64,000 nucleotides of DNA from Vicinamibacterales bacterium (GTDB taxonomy: Bacteria; Acidobacteriota; Vicinamibacteria; Vicinamibacterales; UBA2999), in assembly GCA_044347565.1 (NCBI GenBank), contig JBIKUN010000003.1, positions 13,332-77,331 of the forward strand, in the 5' to 3' direction. Every line of letters begins with the position of its first letter. Positions within the stretch are counted from its first letter, which is position 1. Below the pieces are notes generated by a model. It was not told the origin of the DNA. It saw only the letters and a list, made by a program, of their open reading frames with translations, and did no database searches. Shown here piece after piece: positions 62,873-64,000 of this stretch. The position numbers and the translations under genes are program-made.

Positions 62873-63729
62873 TCGATCACGATCCCGCGTTCGGCGCGTT
62901 CCACCGCGGCCGGCGGCACCACCGTGTCGCTCTCGGGCAGCGAGGCCTTGGCCATCTTCGGGCGGTGTTCGAAGGCCACGACGGCCTGGCGCAGGGCCGC
63001 CATCGCCGCGGTGGGCGTGGCATCCGGGCCGAGGGCTTCGCGCAGACGGCGCAGCGCGCGCGCGTGGAGCTGCGAGACGCGCGATTCGTTCACGCCGAGT
63101 TCGGCGCCGATTTCCTTCATCGTGACTTCGCCGTAGTAGTAGAGGGCGATGACGCGGCGTTCGCGCGGGGGCAGCGAGGCGATGGCGCCGCGCACCCGGT
63201 CCTGCACTTCACGACGCTCATACGCGGCGTCGGGACGCTCCGCCTCGACGGGCACGAGCACGGCGGGAAGCTGCGATTCGTCGATGTTGTCGGCGCACGA
63301 GAGCGGCGACGTCTGTTCGATGGTGTTGATGCGCACGATCACCTTGCCGAGCCGCTCTTCGTCAGACCCGACCGCGGCGGCGAGATCCGCCAGCGACGGC
63401 TCGTGACCGAGCGAGAGGCGCAGGCGCGCGCGCGCCGCCTCGAGCTCGCGGCGCACGCGGCGCACGCCACGCGGCCAGGCATCCTTGCGGAGCGCGTCGA
63501 TCATCGCCCCGCGCACGCGGCGCTCGGCGAAGGTCTCGAACTTGATGCCGCGCGCTTCCTCGAACCGCTTGGCGGCATCGATGAGCCCGATGACCCCGTC
63601 CTGCACCAGGTCGCCCAGGTCGATCGAGTGCGGCATGGTGGCGGCGACGCGCCGCGCCAGCGCCTCGACGAACGGGATACCAGCTTCGACTCGGGGGTTG
63701 ATCTGCTCGGCGATGTGCTCGGCGGTCAT
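62698..63729 (-). CDS. fliA: Flagellar-type sigma factor FliA (sigma-28 family) with a ~95-aa C-terminal extension
   Basis: SD AGGAG precedes the ATG. It is collinear with my recollection of E. coli FliA: VRGAMIDALRKDAWPRGVRR (FliA IRGAMLDELRSRDWVPRSVRR) and LPPRERRVIALYYYGEVTMKEIGAELGVNESRVSQLHARALRRLR. The first in-frame stop is only at 62698. Confidence 0.8.
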   Translation of the reverse strand: MTAEHIAEQINPRVEAGIPFVEALARRVAATMPHSIDLGDLVQDGVIGLIDAAKRFEEARGIKFETFAERRVRGAMIDALRKDAWPRGVRRVRRELEAARARLRLSLGHEPSLADLAAAVGSDEERLGKVIVRINTIEQTSPLSCADNIDESQLPAVLVPVEAERPDAAYERREVQDRVRGAIASLPPRERRVIALYYYGEVTMKEIGAELGVNESRVSQLHARALRRLREALGPDATPTAAMAALRQAVVAFEHRPKMAKASLPESDTVVPPAAVERAERGIVIDYASASRAARSKSPSRKGLESHRQPLSSRKRSASVPATSPVTKITRRASAGVAAVMAL

Positions 63730-63779
63730 TGAAATCGGGCTCCTGTTGTTCCGCCGTTCGTGGCGGACGCCGAACACTC

Positions 63780-63795
63780 TTGCATTGCCGATGCC
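63780..63795 (-). promoter_or_regulatory. Candidate sigma-54 (-24/-12) promoter upstream of fliA: TGGCATCGGCAATGCA
   Basis: The - strand 16-mer has GG and GC with the canonical GG-N10-GC spacing. It matches TGGCA...TGCA of the consensus TGGCACG-N4-TTGCA. It lies ~50 nt upstream of ATG 63729, in a lower-GC spacer. Confidence 0.4.
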
Positions 63796-64000
63796 AGATT
63801 CGCGCAGCACTGCGTTTGTCCGCTCTGACCATGCGAAATTTGTTGTTAAGTGCCCTTCTATTAATGGCTTACGGATTCGTAGCGCAAGGCCGTGCACTAT
63901 GAGGAACATCAACGCAAGCGGTCCTGAACCGCCAAAGACTTGGCGGCTCCGGAGTGCATTGCGCCAAGCCAGTGACGGCGAGTGGCGTCGAGTTTTGGTC

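Overview
This is a high-GC (roughly 68-70% by eye), densely coding bacterial chromosomal segment with about 50 protein genes. I found no rRNA, tRNA, CRISPR array, transposase or integrase. All calls come from reading the supplied translations and DNA by eye; no searches were run.

The gene content suggests an Acidobacteriota-like organism, which is inference only. The pointers are a VWFA-related acidobacterial-type protein, a CarboxypepD_reg-type TonB receptor and a TIGR02999-type ECF sigma fused in an operon to a Ser/Thr kinase.

Recognisable genes:
- Envelope and glycosylation: a tail-fibre-like surface protein with a Peptidase_S74 chaperone domain; a glycosylation locus with tandemly duplicated GT2 genes (one fused to a methyltransferase) and two GT-C-like membrane proteins; an OmpA lipoprotein and a VWA protein.
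- Signalling: an ECF sigma with two TPR Ser/Thr kinases; two PP2C phosphatases; a PAS hybrid histidine kinase; fliA.
- Transport: ktrBA, a P-type ATPase and a TonB receptor next to a PLC-like/PHP phosphoesterase fusion.
- Metabolism and housekeeping: two NHL propeller paralogs, an SDR, alaA-like and aspartate-type aminotransferases, kbl, an M1 peptidase, isolated nuoG and atpB, glnA, fabZ, and S9 and alpha/beta hydrolases.

Observations most worth a second look:
1. A five-run G-quadruplex / C-rich tract lies immediately upstream of the K+ uptake operon ktrBA.
2. A lower-GC patch at about 57.5-59.8 kb holds two otherwise intact genes each split by a single in-frame TAG, plus frameshifted gene remnants.
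3. Two convergent, fully abutting bicistrons each couple a secreted serine hydrolase to a cNMP- or GAF-domain signalling protein.
4. TANNNT -10 boxes recur 5-11 nt upstream of start codons that lack a Shine-Dalgarno, implying widespread leaderless or near-leaderless mRNAs.
5. A 757-bp-period tandem duplication of a GT2 gene includes its promoter.
6. fliA carries a long C-terminal extension that overlaps the convergent kinase gene, and has a sigma-54-type promoter upstream.
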